From the NCBI GenBank assembly GCA_963822965.1, contig CAWGJT010000005.1:992001-1056000 (forward strand): a stretch of 64,000 nucleotides of DNA, read 5' to 3'. The translations under genes were made by a program, and so were the position numbers. Of the stretch, positions 18,979 to 30,818 are shown piece by piece (within the stretch, counting starts at the first letter, position 1; each line of letters opens with the position of its first letter). Origin of the DNA: an uncultured delta proteobacterium (GTDB lineage Bacteria; Myxococcota_A; UBA9160; UBA4427). The notes beneath the pieces are model-generated. The model had not been told where the DNA came from and ran no database searches. It saw only the letters and a list, made by a program, of their open reading frames with translations.

Positions 18979-19000
18979 GCGGGCTCCGGCCGGAGCCCGC
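18979..19000. terminator. Perfect 22-bp GC palindrome downstream of cysK
   Basis: GCGGGCTCCGGCCGGAGCCCGC; no U-tract. Confidence 0.4.
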
Positions 19001-19024
19001 CCGCAAACGAAGATTGGAGCCCCC

Positions 19025-20770
19025 ATGCACGACCTCGTGATTCGCGGTGGAACCCTCGTCGACGGAACCGGCGCCGCCCCGCGCCGGGCGGACGTGGCGA
19101 TCGACGGAGACCGCATCGTCGCCGTGGGCGACGACGTGGGCGAGGGCCGCCGGGAGATCGACGCGCAGGGGCTGCTCGTGACCCCGGGCTGGGTCGACAT
19201 CCACACCCACTACGACGGCCAGGTCACCTGGGACACGCACCTCACGCCGTCGGGCTGGAACGGGGTCACCACCATCGTGATGGGCAACTGCGGCGTGGGC
19301 TTCGCGCCGGTGAAGCCCGGCCAGGAGGACTACCTCATCCAGCTGATGGAGGGGGTGGAGGACATCCCGGGCACGGCGCTCTCCGAGGGCATCCGCTGGG
19401 AGTGGGAGAGCTTCCCGCAGTACCTCGACGCCGTAGAGCGCATGCGCCGGGCCATCGACGTCGGCGCCCAGGTGCCTCACGGCGCCGTGCGCACCTACGT
19501 GATGGGCGAGCGGGGCGCGAAGAACGAGAAGGCCACGCCCGAGGACATCGAGCGGATGGCGGCGCTGGTGCGCGAGGCGCTGCAGGCCGGGGCGCTGGGC
19601 TTCTCGACGTCGCGCACCATCCTGCACCGCGCCAAGGACGGCGAGGTGGTACCCGGCACCAACGCCACGGACGAGGAAGTGCTCGGCATCGGCCGGGTGC
19701 TCGGCGAGGTGGGCCACGGCGTCTTCGAGGTGGCGAGCGACCTCGCACCCGAGGGCGACGAGCTGGCCTGGATGAGCCAGCTCGGCAAGGAGACGGGACG
19801 CCCCGTCTCGTTCGCGTGCCTGCAGAGCCCGATGGACCCCGACCAGTGGCGGCGGCTGCTGTCCGCGTGCGAGAAGGACGCCGCCGAGGGCGGGCACCTG
19901 ACACCCCAGGTCGCCCAGCGTCCCGCCGGGCTGCTGCTGGGATTCGAGAGCACCGTGCACCCGTTCGTCGCGCACCCGGGCTACCAGGAGATCGCGGCGC
20001 TGCCGCGCGCCGAGCGGCTCGCGAAGCTCGCCGACCCCGCCGTGCGGGCGCACATCCTGGCGAGCCAGCCGGACTACAGCGGCCTGCCGGGTCCTGCGAT
20101 GATCGTCATGATGGGCTTCCCCATGATGTTCCCCCTCGGCGACCCGCCGGACTACGAGCCCGGCCCCGAGAAGAGCATCGCCGCCATCGCCAAGCGCGAG
20201 GGACACGAGCCCCTCGAGGTGGTGTACGACGTGATGATGGAGAACGGCGGCCGGGGCCTCGTCTACATGCCGCTGCTGGGCTACGCGAACGGCAGCCTGG
20301 AGCCCATCCGCGAGATGATGCTGCACCCGCAGTCGGTCTTCGGGCTGTCGGACGGCGGCGCCCACTGCGGGCTCATCTGCGACGCCAGCATGCCGACCTT
20401 CCTGCTCACCCACTGGGCGCGCGACCGTTCGCGCGGCGAGCGCATTCCGCTCGAGACCCTGGTGGAGCGCCAGACGCGGCGCACCGCGCGCTTCTACGGC
20501 ATGGAGGATCGCGGGGTCGTGGCGCCGGGCATGAAGGCCGACCTGAACGTGATCGACTTCGACCGGCTGCACATCCACGCGCCGGAGATGGTCTACGACC
20601 TGCCCGCCGAGGGGAAGCGGCTGATCCAGAAGGTGGACGGCTACCGCTACACCGTCTGCAGCGGCGAGGTGATCTACGAGGACGGCAAGCCCACGGGCGC
20701 CCTACCCGGCCGGCTGGTCCGCGGCCCGCAGCCCGCGCCCGACGAGTCCCGAAGCACCACGAGCGCCTGA
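19025..20770 (+). CDS. N-acyl-D-amino-acid deacylase-like amidohydrolase
   Basis: [37 protein letters not shown]. Confidence 0.92.
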   Translation: MHDLVIRGGTLVDGTGAAPRRADVAIDGDRIVAVGDDVGEGRREIDAQGLLVTPGWVDIHTHYDGQVTWDTHLTPSGWNGVTTIVMGNCGVGFAPVKPGQEDYLIQLMEGVEDIPGTALSEGIRWEWESFPQYLDAVERMRRAIDVGAQVPHGAVRTYVMGERGAKNEKATPEDIERMAALVREALQAGALGFSTSRTILHRAKDGEVVPGTNATDEEVLGIGRVLGEVGHGVFEVASDLAPEGDELAWMSQLGKETGRPVSFACLQSPMDPDQWRRLLSACEKDAAEGGHLTPQVAQRPAGLLLGFESTVHPFVAHPGYQEIAALPRAERLAKLADPAVRAHILASQPDYSGLPGPAMIVMMGFPMMFPLGDPPDYEPGPEKSIAAIAKREGHEPLEVVYDVMMENGGRGLVYMPLLGYANGSLEPIREMMLHPQSVFGLSDGGAHCGLICDASMPTFLLTHWARDRSRGERIPLETLVERQTRRTARFYGMEDRGVVAPGMKADLNVIDFDRLHIHAPEMVYDLPAEGKRLIQKVDGYRYTVCSGEVIYEDGKPTGALPGRLVRGPQPAPDESRSTTSA

Positions 20771-20791
20771 GAGCGTCCGGGCGGGGTCTCC

Positions 20792-22246
20792 GTGACGGTC
20801 CGAGTCGCGCGCGCGGCGGGCCTGGCGATGGCGACGGGACTGGTCGCCAGCCAGGCCCTCGCCGCCACGGAGACGGCCCACACCGACGTCTTCTCGCTCA
20901 TCCTGCTCGAGCTCGTCGGCGTCATCGCCATCGCCGGCCTGGGTCGCTACCTGACGGGACTGGTGGGACAGCCCGCGGTGCTGGGCGAGCTGCTGGTGGG
21001 AATCGGCGCCGGCAATCTGGGCGTCTGGCTCGGCATCCCGTTGGCCGTCATCGTGATGCACCTCTCCGACGTGGGCCCCGTCTGGCAGCAGGTCTGGCAG
21101 AACGACCTCGGCGTCCACGAGGCCGCCCGGCGGGTGCTCGAGGCCGGCGGCATCGCCACCAGCCGGGGCGGCGCCGAGCTCGTCCGCGAGCTCACGGGCG
21201 ACGGTGCGGCGGCCCGCATGATGATGATCGCGGCGCTGTGGATCTTCTCGAACCTGGGCGTGATCCTGCTGCTCTTCCTGGTGGGTCTCGAGTCGAGCGT
21301 GGCGGAGATGCTCGAGGTGGGAGCGAGCGCGACCCTGGTCGCCTGCGTCGGCGTCATCCTCCCCCTGGTGCTCGGCTACGGCGCCTCCGCGCTGCTCCAG
21401 CCGGAGGCGCGCGACGTCGAGCACCTCTTCGTGGGCGCGGCGCTCACGGCCACCAGCGTGGGCATCACCGCGGCGGTGCTGCGCGAGATCGGCGTCATGC
21501 AGACCCGCTCGGCCCGGGTCATCCTGGGCGCCGCGGTGATCGACGACGTGCTGGGCCTGCTGATCCTCGCGGTGTCGGTCGGCATCGCAGCGAACGGCGA
21601 GGTGAGGCTGGGCGACATCGCCCGCATCGGCGTGCTGGCGGCGGTCTTCCTCGGGGCGGTGATGTGGATCGGCGAGCGCACGGTGGGCGTCGGCGCCCGG
21701 CTGCTCGCCCTGCTCGGGCGCCAGCACCTGAAGCTGCTCTTCCCCATCGGGCTCGCCTTCTTCATGGCCTGGGTGGCGAGCCAGCTCGGGCTCGCCACCA
21801 TCGTGGGCGCCTTCGCGGCGGGGCTCATCCTGTCCGAGGAGCACTTCGGCGACGTCGACGAGCCCGCGGTCGAGGTGCTCGTCGGGCCCATCGAGCGCCT
21901 CTTCGCGCCCATCTTCTTCGTGCTGATGGGCATGCAGGTGGACCTGCGTGCCTTCGCGGATCCCGGCATCCTGCGCCTGGCGGGCGTCCTCATCGTGATC
22001 GCCCTCGCCACCAAGGCCCTGGCGGGCTTCGCGGCCGGTCGCGGCACGGACAAGATCCTGGTGGGGATCGGGATGATTCCCCGCGGCGAGGTGGGGCTCA
22101 TCTTCGCGAGCATCGGGAAGACCATGGGCGTGCTCAGCAGCTCGGTCTTCTCGGCCATCGTGGTGGTCGTGATCACCAGCACCCTGGTGACGCCGCCGAT
22201 GCTCAAGTGGTCGGCGGGCCGGGCGGGGGCGCCGGCCGAGCGCTGA
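20792..22246 (+). CDS. Cation:proton antiporter (CPA2/NapA-like)
   Basis: GELLVG, ATSVGIT, GAAVIDDV, GAFAAG, PRGEV. Confidence 0.92.
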   Translation: MTVRVARAAGLAMATGLVASQALAATETAHTDVFSLILLELVGVIAIAGLGRYLTGLVGQPAVLGELLVGIGAGNLGVWLGIPLAVIVMHLSDVGPVWQQVWQNDLGVHEAARRVLEAGGIATSRGGAELVRELTGDGAAARMMMIAALWIFSNLGVILLLFLVGLESSVAEMLEVGASATLVACVGVILPLVLGYGASALLQPEARDVEHLFVGAALTATSVGITAAVLREIGVMQTRSARVILGAAVIDDVLGLLILAVSVGIAANGEVRLGDIARIGVLAAVFLGAVMWIGERTVGVGARLLALLGRQHLKLLFPIGLAFFMAWVASQLGLATIVGAFAAGLILSEEHFGDVDEPAVEVLVGPIERLFAPIFFVLMGMQVDLRAFADPGILRLAGVLIVIALATKALAGFAAGRGTDKILVGIGMIPRGEVGLIFASIGKTMGVLSSSVFSAIVVVVITSTLVTPPMLKWSAGRAGAPAER

Positions 22247-22265
22247 CCCATGCGGGCGCGCCGGC

Positions 22266-23252
22266 TCAGCCCTCCGCGCGCACCTGCTTCACCACCTCGA
22301 TCACGCGGTCGTGGATCGGCCCGCAGGTGGCGACGACGCCCCGGTTCGCATCCAGGGTACGGCCGTGCTGGAAGTCGAGCGGGCGTCCCTCGACGTCGGT
22401 CACCCGGCCTCCCGCCTCTTCGACCACGAGCTTGCCGGCCGCGTGGTCCCAGATCTTCTCGCGGTAGTCCTTGCGGGTGGGCATGCGCAGGTAGATCGAG
22501 GCGTCGCCCCGGGCGATGGCCGCGTACTTGCACTGGCTGTCGATGCGGAAGGGTTCCTGGGTGATGCCGAGAAGCTCCGCGATGCGGGCCGACTGGCCCT
22601 GGTCGGAGTGCCCGGACTCGACGGACTCGCAGAAGCGCGCGTCGGCCAGGGACGTCGCCTTCGACACCGCGACGGCGGGCCCTTCGAGGCCGTCGCCCCA
22701 GAGCGGGAGCGCGCGGGTGCCCTGCCCCTGCACGGCGGCGAAGAGCGCCCCGCGGCCGCCGTGGCCGTCGTCGAGGTTCGGGCAGCCGAGGATGCCCAAC
22801 ACCACCTGGCCGCGTTCCAGCAGGCCGAGCGCCACCGCGTACTGCTCGCCGCGCAGGAAGCCCTTGGTGCCGTCGATGGGATCGAGGGTCCAGTAGCGGG
22901 CCGCACCGGCGTCGGCGTCGCCCCGGTCGATCCAATCGAGCACCGCGTCGGCGGCGGCGCCGCCCTTCACCTCGCCGGTCACCTCGCGCACGACGGCTTC
23001 CAGCAGGCTCGCCTGCTCGCCCTGCCGCAGCTCGTCGGACCCCTCCTCACCCACCACCGGGTCGTCGGGAAACGCGCGCAGCAGCCGCTCGCACACGATG
23101 GCCTGGGAGGCGAAGTCCGCCACCGTGACGGGGCTCTTGTCCTTCTTCTCGAGGGCCTCGGCGGTGGCGAGCCGCTGCTGCACCGAGCGACAGACCCGGG
23201 AGGCGGCACGCACGGCGGCCACGCCGGCCGTGAGCTCTGCTTCGAACGCCAC
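22266..23252 (-). CDS. 3'(2'),5'-bisphosphate nucleotidase, HAL2/SAL1 type
   Basis: KDKSPVTVADF, LDPIDGTKGF, DSQCKY, YREKIWDHAAG. Confidence 0.9.
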   Translation of the reverse strand: MAFEAELTAGVAAVRAASRVCRSVQQRLATAEALEKKDKSPVTVADFASQAIVCERLLRAFPDDPVVGEEGSDELRQGEQASLLEAVVREVTGEVKGGAAADAVLDWIDRGDADAGAARYWTLDPIDGTKGFLRGEQYAVALGLLERGQVVLGILGCPNLDDGHGGRGALFAAVQGQGTRALPLWGDGLEGPAVAVSKATSLADARFCESVESGHSDQGQSARIAELLGITQEPFRIDSQCKYAAIARGDASIYLRMPTRKDYREKIWDHAAGKLVVEEAGGRVTDVEGRPLDFQHGRTLDANRGVVATCGPIHDRVIEVVKQVRAEG

Positions 23253-23335
23253 GAGACTTCCTCCTGCTGCGCTGGATGGGGGGCAGAGCTTCCCCGAGAT
23301 GGGCGACGCCGGCAACCGGCGCTCGCGAACACGGC

Positions 23336-24168
23336 CTACTCCCCGGTGAGCACTCCCCGGTGAAGCTCGGCTTGCGCTTCTCCTTGAAGGCGCGCGGCCC
23401 CTCCCGGGCGTCCTTCGAGGTCATCACCGCGGCCGACACCTCGTTCTCGATCGCGTAGGACTCCGCCAGCGGCAGCCCGCTCGAGCGCAGCACCCCTTCC
23501 TTGATCTTCGAGACCGCCAGCGGCCCGTTGGCGGCCAGCAGCTCGGCCAGCTCGAGCGCCTTGTCGAGGAGCTTCTCGCGCGGCACCACGTAGTTGACGA
23601 GGCCCATGTCCAAGGCCTCCTGGGCGCTGAAGGGTCGCCCCACCAGCAGCATCTCCATCATCTTCGCGTACGGAATCTGCCGCGGCAGCCGGGTGATCGA
23701 GCCGCCGCCGGGCAAGAGCCCCACCTTCGCCTCAGGCGTGCCGAAGACGGCGTTCTCCGACGCCACCCGGAGATCGCAGGCGTTCATCATCTCGGTGCCG
23801 CCGCCCAGGGCGTTGCCGTTCACCGCCGCGATAATGGGCTTGTAGATGTCGTAGCCGCGCAGGATGGCGTCGCCGAACTTGCGCGGCTCCGCGAGCAGCG
23901 CGTGGTCCCACTCGTCCTCCGGCTTCCGCGCGCCGGTCATGAGCGGCATGGTGAGCTTGAGATCGCCCCCGGCGCAGAAGTCCTGCTCGCCCGCTCCCGT
24001 CAGGATGGCGACGCGGAGCGCCTTCGTGTCCGCATACTCGTGCCACGCGTCGTACAGCTCGAGCAGCATGCGCGGGCTCAGGGAGTTGCGAGCCGCAGGA
24101 CGGTTCATGGTGAGGATCATGACCCCGTCCGCGCGCTTCTCCACCAGCAGGTGCCGCTCGTCATTCAT
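23336..24168 (-). CDS. Enoyl-CoA hydratase/crotonase (stop displaced by a short 3' duplication)
   Basis: FCAGGDL, AVNGNALGGGTE, PEAKVGLLPGGG, EGPRAFKEKRKP. Confidence 0.9.
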
Positions 24169-24427
24169 CGTCGGATGACTCCAGCCTTCATCCCGCCTTC
24201 GAAACACCCTATCCTTTGTCGCACCCTCCAGGAGCGACACCAGCTTCGAGACTGCTCTGGTACGGGCGGATGATAGCTGCCGATCGGACGCGAGCTTCCA
24301 GTCTTCTCGACCCCGCCGGAGGGATGGCCGCTCTCACCTTCGCAGCCGACAGGCCCGCTGGATGCGATATCCACGAAGACGGGAGCACGCCGACGCTCGT
24401 CGAGTGGGACGACCCCGGACGACCGAG

Positions 24428-25270
24428 ATGAGGCAGCCGACCAAGATCGCGGAGGGGCGTGAGGCCGAGATCTTCAGCTGGGGCGAGCGCCAGGTGTTGC
24501 GGCTCTATCGCGACCCGGACGCGGGCGACCACGCCGACCGGGAGATGGTGGCCCTGGCTGCGGTGCGCTCCACCCTGCCCTGCGTGCCGGAGCCGCATGG
24601 GCGGATGGACTGGAACGGGCGACCGGGGATTCTGATGCAGCGTCTCGACGGGCACGGAATCCTCACCGAGATCCAGCTCCGGCCCTGGCGCGTGTTGGCG
24701 CTCGCGATGCTGTGCGGGCGCGTGCACGCAAACCTGAACGGGCTCCGCGCGCCTGCACACCTGCCGGAGCTCCGGTCCGAGCTGAAGCGGCGAATCGACG
24801 GAGAGCCCGGCATTCCGACCGAGCTGCGGGCGCTCGCTCTGGACCAGCTGGATCGCATGCCCGATGGGGACGCGCTCTGCCATGGCGACTTCCAGCCGGA
24901 CAACGTGCTGCTCTGCCCCGACGGCCCGGCGGTGATCGATTGGCCGAACGCGACGCGCGGCGACCCCTGCGGCGACTTCGCCCGAACCGCGTTGATGATG
25001 AGGCTCGGGGCGCTGCCGCCGGGTGCACCCCGGCTGATCCGTTGGGGCCAATGGGCGGGGCGCGGACTCTTCACCCGCGCCTACGTCTCTGGATACGAAG
25101 AGACGACACGCTACGAGGAAGAAGCCATCCTGCGATGGAAGCTCGTGCGCGCGGTGGAACGGCTGGCAGACGGGCTCCCGGAGGAGCGCGGCCCGCTCCT
25201 CCGCGCCGTGGAACGCCTGCGCCGGGCGTTGCGGAGAGCCCGCGACAGGACCCGCGGCGGCCCTTGCTAG
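24428..25270 (+). CDS. Aminoglycoside phosphotransferase-like kinase
   Basis: [24 protein letters not shown]. Confidence 0.85.
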   Translation: MRQPTKIAEGREAEIFSWGERQVLRLYRDPDAGDHADREMVALAAVRSTLPCVPEPHGRMDWNGRPGILMQRLDGHGILTEIQLRPWRVLALAMLCGRVHANLNGLRAPAHLPELRSELKRRIDGEPGIPTELRALALDQLDRMPDGDALCHGDFQPDNVLLCPDGPAVIDWPNATRGDPCGDFARTALMMRLGALPPGAPRLIRWGQWAGRGLFTRAYVSGYEETTRYEEEAILRWKLVRAVERLADGLPEERGPLLRAVERLRRALRRARDRTRGGPC

Positions 25271-25302
25271 ACTCGCGGGACCCTTCGACGAGAGCTCCGC
25301 CG

Positions 25303-26802
25303 GTGCCGACCCAATCCACGCTCCTTCCGTTCGACAACAGCTACGCGCGGCTGCCCGAGCGCTTCTTCGCGCGCCTGCCGCCCACGCCGGTGCCCGCTCC
25401 GGCGCTCGTGCGGCTGAACGAGGAGCTGGCGCGCGAGCTCGGGCTCGACCCGCACTTCCTCGCGTCGCCCGAGGGCGTCGAGATCCTGGCCGGCAACCGC
25501 GTTCCGGAGGGCGCGGAGCCCATCGCGATGGCGTATGCCGGGTTCCAGTTCGGGAGCTGGGTGCCGCAGCTGGGGGACGGCCGCGCGATCCTGCTCGGCG
25601 AGCTCATCGATCGCAACGGCGTGCGGCGCGACGTTCAGCTGAAGGGCTCGGGGCCGACCCCGTTCTCGCGCCGGGGCGACGGCCGTGCCGGCCTCGGGCC
25701 GGTGCTGCGCGAGTACCTCGTCGCCGAGGCGATGGCCGCCCTGGGAATCCCGACCACGCGCGCGCTCGCGGCCGTGACGACCGGCGAGCAGATCGTTCGC
25801 GAAGCCCCGCTGCCCGGCGCCGTGCTGACCCGCGTCGCACGGAGTCACGTCCGGGTCGGCACGTTCCAGCTCTTCGCCAGCCGCGGGGACGTCGAGGGCC
25901 TCCGGGCGTTGGCGGACTACGTGATCGCGCGCCACTACCCCGAGGCTTCGGGTTCGGACGCGCCCCATCTCGCATTGCTCTCCGGGGTGATCGAGCGCCA
26001 GGCGGCGCTCGTGGCCCGCTGGCAGCTCTGCGGCTTCATCCACGGCGTGATGAACACCGACAACACCTCGATCGCCGGCGAGACGATCGACTACGGTCCC
26101 TGCGCGTTCATGGACGCCTACCACCCCGACACGGTCTACAGCTCGATCGATCACGCCGGCCGATACGCCTACGCGAACCAGCCCCGGATCGCACACTGGA
26201 ACCTCGCGGGCTTCGCGCAGGCCCTGCTCCCGATCCTCGGCCCCGACGAGAAGGCCGCCATCGAGCAGGCGTCCGCCGCCCTCGACGCGTTCCCGGAGCG
26301 GTTCGAGCACTTCCATCGCGCCGGCCTGCAGCGAAAGCTCGGCCTCGGCGAGACCCGCGAAGGCGACGCCGCGCTGGCCGACGATCTGCTGGCACGGATG
26401 GCCGACAACGAGGTCGACTTCACGCTCTGCTTCCGCGGGCTGTCGGAGCTCGTCGGATCGGACACGAGGGCGGACCCGAGCGACGAGCGCGTCCGCAGCC
26501 TGTTCGCGAGCCCGGCCGCCTTCGACGAGTGGGCGGTGCGCTGGCGCGCGCGCCTCGCGCTCGAAGAGCGCTCCCCCGCCGCGTGCCGCGAAGACATGCA
26601 ATCCGTCAGCCCGGCTTTCATTCCGCGAAATCATCTCGTCGAAGAGGCGATCGAGGCCGCAATCTATGCCGACGACCTCGCGCCCTTCGAGGAGCTGCTC
26701 GATGTGCTCCGGAAGCCCTACGAGGACCAGCCCGGTCGGGAGCGCCACGCGGCGCCTCCGCGGCCCGACCAGGTCGTGCACCAGACCTTCTGCGGCACCT
26801 GA
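25303..26802 (+). CDS. selO: Protein adenylyltransferase SelO/YdiU
   Basis: [42 protein letters not shown]-terminal TFCGT. Confidence 0.93.
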   Translation: MPTQSTLLPFDNSYARLPERFFARLPPTPVPAPALVRLNEELARELGLDPHFLASPEGVEILAGNRVPEGAEPIAMAYAGFQFGSWVPQLGDGRAILLGELIDRNGVRRDVQLKGSGPTPFSRRGDGRAGLGPVLREYLVAEAMAALGIPTTRALAAVTTGEQIVREAPLPGAVLTRVARSHVRVGTFQLFASRGDVEGLRALADYVIARHYPEASGSDAPHLALLSGVIERQAALVARWQLCGFIHGVMNTDNTSIAGETIDYGPCAFMDAYHPDTVYSSIDHAGRYAYANQPRIAHWNLAGFAQALLPILGPDEKAAIEQASAALDAFPERFEHFHRAGLQRKLGLGETREGDAALADDLLARMADNEVDFTLCFRGLSELVGSDTRADPSDERVRSLFASPAAFDEWAVRWRARLALEERSPAACREDMQSVSPAFIPRNHLVEEAIEAAIYADDLAPFEELLDVLRKPYEDQPGRERHAAPPRPDQVVHQTFCGT

Positions 26803-26846
26803 GCGCTCCTAAGAGGACGACGCCCAGCGTTGTCCTCAGGTTGCAA

Positions 26847-26871
26847 GTCAGCGCCCCAGCGGGGCGCTGAC
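26847..26871. terminator. Hairpin between convergent selO and ACAD genes
   Basis: GTCAGCGCCCC-AGC-GGGGCGCTGAC. Confidence 0.5.
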
Positions 26872-26874
26872 CGC

Positions 26875-27966
26875 TCAGAACCAGTCCGCTTCCGCGTCCA
26901 CCTGCCCCGCCACCACCGCCATGCACTCGTCGTAGCTTCCCCAGGCCAGGGACTGCTGCTTGGCGCGCAGGGTGGTGAAGTAGAGGTCGTTCTCCTCGAT
27001 GACGCCGTTTCCGCCGTGGATCTGGTGGGCGAGCATGGTGACCTCGGGGGCGGCGCGGGACGCGGACGCCTTGGCGAGGGCGGCGCTCGCGTCGCTGGCG
27101 ACGCCGCGGTCGATGGCGTCCAGGGTCTCGTAGGCGAGGACGCGGGTGCTGGTCGTGCGGATCGCCATGTTGGCGCAGTGGTGGCGGACGGCCTGGAAGC
27201 TGCCGATCGTCTTGCCGAACTGCTCGCGCACGTTCGCGTAGGCGACCGTCATCTCGAGCGCCTGCTGCATGGCGCCCAGGCACTGGATGGCTGCCAGACT
27301 GCGCCCGAGGCGCACCAGCGCGGACAGGGCCTCGGGACCGGCCACGCGCACCGCGGGCACGGCCTGGTAGCGCACGTGACACAGCGGCGTGCGGCCGATG
27401 GCGCGCAGGGGCTCGCAGGTGACGCCGGCTGCGGCGGCGTCCACCCGGTAGAGGGCGGGCTCGCCGCCGGCGCCGTCCCGGGCCGACACCAGGTGATGGG
27501 TGGCGTCGCGGCCGTAGTCGACGAAGCGCTTCTCGCCCGTGACGGTGCCCTTCGCGCAGACCAGCGCCACGTCGGTGCGGCTGTCGCTGCCCTCGAGGAG
27601 CGCCGGCACCGGCACCGCGTCGCCGGTCTGGATGCCGGCGAGAAGCTCCTCGACGGGCGCGCCTTCGCCGTGCCGCTCCAGCACCCAGCCCGTGGCCACC
27701 ACCTCGAGGATGGGGACGATGGCCGCCCGGCGCGCCAGCTCTTCGACGAGGATTCCCACGTCGACCAGCGCGCCGCCGCCCCCGCCGCGGGACTCGGAGA
27801 AGGGAAGCCCGAGCCAGCCCTGCTCGGCCATCGCCTTCCAGAGCGTGGAATCGGACGCGCCGTCCTTCTCCAGCTGCCGGATGCGCTCGTAGGGAACTTC
27901 CTTCTGCAGGTACGAGCGTACCGTCTCCTGCAGCAGGCTCTGGGTCTCGCTGAGATCGAGATTCAT
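26875..27966 (-). CDS. Acyl-CoA dehydrogenase, short partner subunit
   Basis: REQFGKTIGSFQAVRH, QIHGGNG; divergent N-terminal FAD region. Confidence 0.87.
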   Translation of the reverse strand: MNLDLSETQSLLQETVRSYLQKEVPYERIRQLEKDGASDSTLWKAMAEQGWLGLPFSESRGGGGGALVDVGILVEELARRAAIVPILEVVATGWVLERHGEGAPVEELLAGIQTGDAVPVPALLEGSDSRTDVALVCAKGTVTGEKRFVDYGRDATHHLVSARDGAGGEPALYRVDAAAAGVTCEPLRAIGRTPLCHVRYQAVPAVRVAGPEALSALVRLGRSLAAIQCLGAMQQALEMTVAYANVREQFGKTIGSFQAVRHHCANMAIRTTSTRVLAYETLDAIDRGVASDASAALAKASASRAAPEVTMLAHQIHGGNGVIEENDLYFTTLRAKQQSLAWGSYDECMAVVAGQVDAEADWF

Positions 27967-27977
27967 GGTCGCTTCCC

Positions 27978-29138
27978 CTATCGCGCCAAGCCGAGGCCCG
28001 CGGCCGCGACGATGTCCCGCTGCACCTCGTTCGTGCCGCCGCCGAAGCGGAAGATGGGCGAGAGGCGGAAGTTGAACTCTGCGCGCCCGTCGAAGGGCGC
28101 GTTCGGGCCGGACTCGGAGCTGAGGGCGCCTTCGCGGCCCAGCAGGTCCATGGCGGTGTTGGCGATGCGGGTGCGCAGCTCGGTGCCCGAGATCTTCGCC
28201 ATGGAGGCGTCGGCGATGGGCGTGCCGCCGCGCGAGATGATCCAGGCGTTGCGCAGGGCCAGGGAGCGGTGCTCGCGCAGGTCGAGCTCCAGCTCGGCCA
28301 GGCGCCGGCGCACCACCGGGTCGGCCAGCTTCTCGGGCCGGTGCTCCTTCAGCCAGGCGACGAGCTGGTCGTAGATGCGCGCCAGCCCGCCGGTGGACGC
28401 GAGCCCCACGCGCTCGTGGTTGAGGGCGTGCATCACGATCCCCCAGCCCTGGTTGACGCCGCCCACCACGTTGTCCTTCGGCACCCGCACGTCGTCGTAG
28501 AAGGTCTCGCAGGTGTGGCCGCCGTACATGGTGTAGAGCGGGCGGATGGTGACGCCGGGGGTCTTCGTCGGAACCACGATGATCGAGATGCCGGCGTGCT
28601 TCCGCACGTTGGGATCGGTGCGCACCGCCAGCCAGATGTGGGTGGACACGTCCGCCAGCGACGTCCAGATCTTCTGGCCGTTGATCACCCACTCTTCCCC
28701 ATCCAGCTCCGCCCGGGTGCGCAGGGACGCGAGGTCGGTGCCGGCGTTGGGCTCGCTGTAGCCGATGGCGAAGCAGTACTCGCCGCGGTAGATGCCCGGC
28801 AGCCAGGCCGCCTTCTGGGCCTCGCTGCCGAAGGCCACGATGGAAGGCGCGATGGAGGTGTAGGTCAGGTTGCCGTAGGGCATCCCGAAGTACTCCATCT
28901 CTTCGACGAAGATGTACTGGTAGAGCATGTTGCGGCCCTCGCCGCCGTGCTCCTCGGGCCAGCACATGCGCATCCATCCGCGCCGGTCGAGCTCCTGGTG
29001 GAAGGCCCGGATGAGCTCGCCGCCGCTCCCGTAGGTGGCCGCGTACTCGGCCAGCAGCTCGGGCGTGCGGCGCTCCAGGATGAAGGCGCGCAGCTCGCGC
29101 CGAAACGCCGCGTACTCCTCGTCCCACTCGAATTCCAT
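27978..29138 (-). CDS. Acyl-CoA dehydrogenase (FadE26/29-like subunit)
   Basis: IGYSEPNAGTDLASLRT, NGQKIWTS, LNHER, GGGTNEVQR. Confidence 0.92.
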   Translation of the reverse strand: MEFEWDEEYAAFRRELRAFILERRTPELLAEYAATYGSGGELIRAFHQELDRRGWMRMCWPEEHGGEGRNMLYQYIFVEEMEYFGMPYGNLTYTSIAPSIVAFGSEAQKAAWLPGIYRGEYCFAIGYSEPNAGTDLASLRTRAELDGEEWVINGQKIWTSLADVSTHIWLAVRTDPNVRKHAGISIIVVPTKTPGVTIRPLYTMYGGHTCETFYDDVRVPKDNVVGGVNQGWGIVMHALNHERVGLASTGGLARIYDQLVAWLKEHRPEKLADPVVRRRLAELELDLREHRSLALRNAWIISRGGTPIADASMAKISGTELRTRIANTAMDLLGREGALSSESGPNAPFDGRAEFNFRLSPIFRFGGGTNEVQRDIVAAAGLGLAR

Positions 29139-29190
29139 GGTCGTTCTCCGCGTTCTTCGGTTGGGCTCCCGGTCGGGGCCGGGAGCCGGT

Positions 29191-29619
29191 TCAGGTCGGA
29201 ATGGGTCGGAACCAGATGCGTGCGAACGCGTCGCTCACGCGCTCGATCTCGGCCTGCACGGGCAGGTCGAGGACGAGGTCGGCCGGGTCGAGCCCGCGCA
29301 GGGCTCCCACCAGGCGAACGCCCTCTTCCATGGCGACCACCACCGTCGCGTACGGGATCTCCGCCGCCCAGCCCGCGTCCACCGGGCGGTGCGTCACCGT
29401 CCACGAGAAGATGCGCCCGCGGCCGGACGACGGCACGAAGGCGAGATCGCTCGAGCCGCACTCGCGGCACAGATAGCGGGGCGGGTGGTAGTAGTGCGAG
29501 CAGCTCGTGCACTGCTGCAGGTGCAGCTGGCCGGTGGCCGCCAGGCGGTAGAAGTCCGCGTTCCGGCCGTCCGGGTCGGGCACCATCTTGGGCGGACGCG
29601 GCGTCGCGCTGGCACTCAC
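29191..29619 (-). CDS. DUF35 Zn-ribbon/OB-fold protein
   Basis: QCTSC...[28 protein letters not shown]. Confidence 0.9.
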   Translation of the reverse strand: MSASATPRPPKMVPDPDGRNADFYRLAATGQLHLQQCTSCSHYYHPPRYLCRECGSSDLAFVPSSGRGRIFSWTVTHRPVDAGWAAEIPYATVVVAMEEGVRLVGALRGLDPADLVLDLPVQAEIERVSDAFARIWFRPIPT

Positions 29620-30818
29620 GCCGACGCTTCCCGGGAGAGGATCGCGATGCTGCCGTCGCCGAAGTCGCCCCAGCCCGTGACGAGCCCGAGGCTCGCGTCC
29701 TCCACCTGGGCCGGCCCCGCCTCGCCGCGCAGCTGGCGCGCCGCCTCGACCACGTGATTCATTCCCCACATGTGTCCCTGGGACAGGAGCCCACCGTGGG
29801 TGTTGAGGGGCATGCGGCCGCCCAGGCGCATGGCGCCGTCGCGAACCAGCGCGCCCGCCCCGCCCGGCTCGCACAGGCCCAGCGCTTCGAGCTGCAGCAG
29901 CACCACGTAGGTGAAGCAGTCGTACACCTGCAGGAAGTCCATGTCCTGGGCGGTGATGCCCGCCATCGCGAACGCGCGGGGGGCGGCGTGGTGGAGCCCC
30001 ACCTTGAGGGGGTCCTTGCGGTTGGTGATGTCGTCTGCCGGATAGGGATGCCCCTCGGCGCCGCCGAGGTAGAAGACGGGAGGCCTTGCCAGATCGCGCG
30101 CCCGCTCGGCCGAGGTGAGCACCACCGCCGCCCCGCAATCGGTCTCGAGGCAGCAGTCGAGCTTGCGCAGCGGCTCGGCGATGAAGGGCGCGGCGAAGTA
30201 GTCCTCCAGGGTGAGGGGCTTGCCGCGCATGAGCGCCTTCTCGTTCTTGTGCGCGTGCTCGCGGCAGGTGAGCGCCACCCAGGCGGCGTCCTCGTCGGCA
30301 ATGCCGTACAGGTGCTTGTATCGCGTGAGGATGAACGAGTAGAACTGCGCGGCGCTCATGGCGCCGTAGGGCAGGTAGTAGTCCATCACCACGTTGCCCA
30401 CCGAGGCCGGGTCGAGCCCGTAGCGAGGCGCCTTCACCCCGGGTCGCGGACGGAAGGCCGAGTAGCCGTTCCAGCCCACCACCACCAGCACGTTCGTCGC
30501 GATGCCCGCCGCGATGGCCATGGCGGCGCTCTGCAGCGAGGCCGTCGGGCTGGCGCCGCCCAGGTGAACCGTCGCCGCGTAGTGGAGATCCTCCACGCCC
30601 AGGTTCGCGGCGATCTCCTCGGCCGAGGTATAGCCGGGCGGCGGGATGATGCCGTCGATGTCGCCGCGCTCGAGACCTGCGTCGGCGATGGCTTCGGTGG
30701 CGGCTCGCAGCATGAGCTGGACCGGAGTCTCCTGCGCGGGCCGCAGGTACTCGGTCTCGCCGATGCCGACGATGGCGGCGCGACCGCGGAGGGGGTGAAC
30801 GGACGACGGCACGGACAA
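29616..30818 (-). CDS. SCP2/Ltp2-like thiolase-fold protein
   Basis: [37 protein letters not shown] in place of the nucleophile-Cys motif; start approximate. Confidence 0.88.
   Translation of the reverse strand: MSVPSSVHPLRGRAAIVGIGETEYLRPAQETPVQLMLRAATEAIADAGLERGDIDGIIPPPGYTSAEEIAANLGVEDLHYAATVHLGGASPTASLQSAAMAIAAGIATNVLVVVGWNGYSAFRPRPGVKAPRYGLDPASVGNVVMDYYLPYGAMSAAQFYSFILTRYKHLYGIADEDAAWVALTCREHAHKNEKALMRGKPLTLEDYFAAPFIAEPLRKLDCCLETDCGAAVVLTSAERARDLARPPVFYLGGAEGHPYPADDITNRKDPLKVGLHHAAPRAFAMAGITAQDMDFLQVYDCFTYVVLLQLEALGLCEPGGAGALVRDGAMRLGGRMPLNTHGGLLSQGHMWGMNHVVEAARQLRGEAGPAQVEDASLGLVTGWGDFGDGSIAILSREASA

Noticed and set aside
24209..24431. Short ORFs upstream of the APH-like kinase
   Set aside because: No recognisable motif or typical codon pattern; probably promoter DNA.
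26780..26802. Selenocysteine read-through at the selO TGA
   Set aside because: The protein already ends in the usual Cys-containing TFCGT tail, and I see no evident SECIS.
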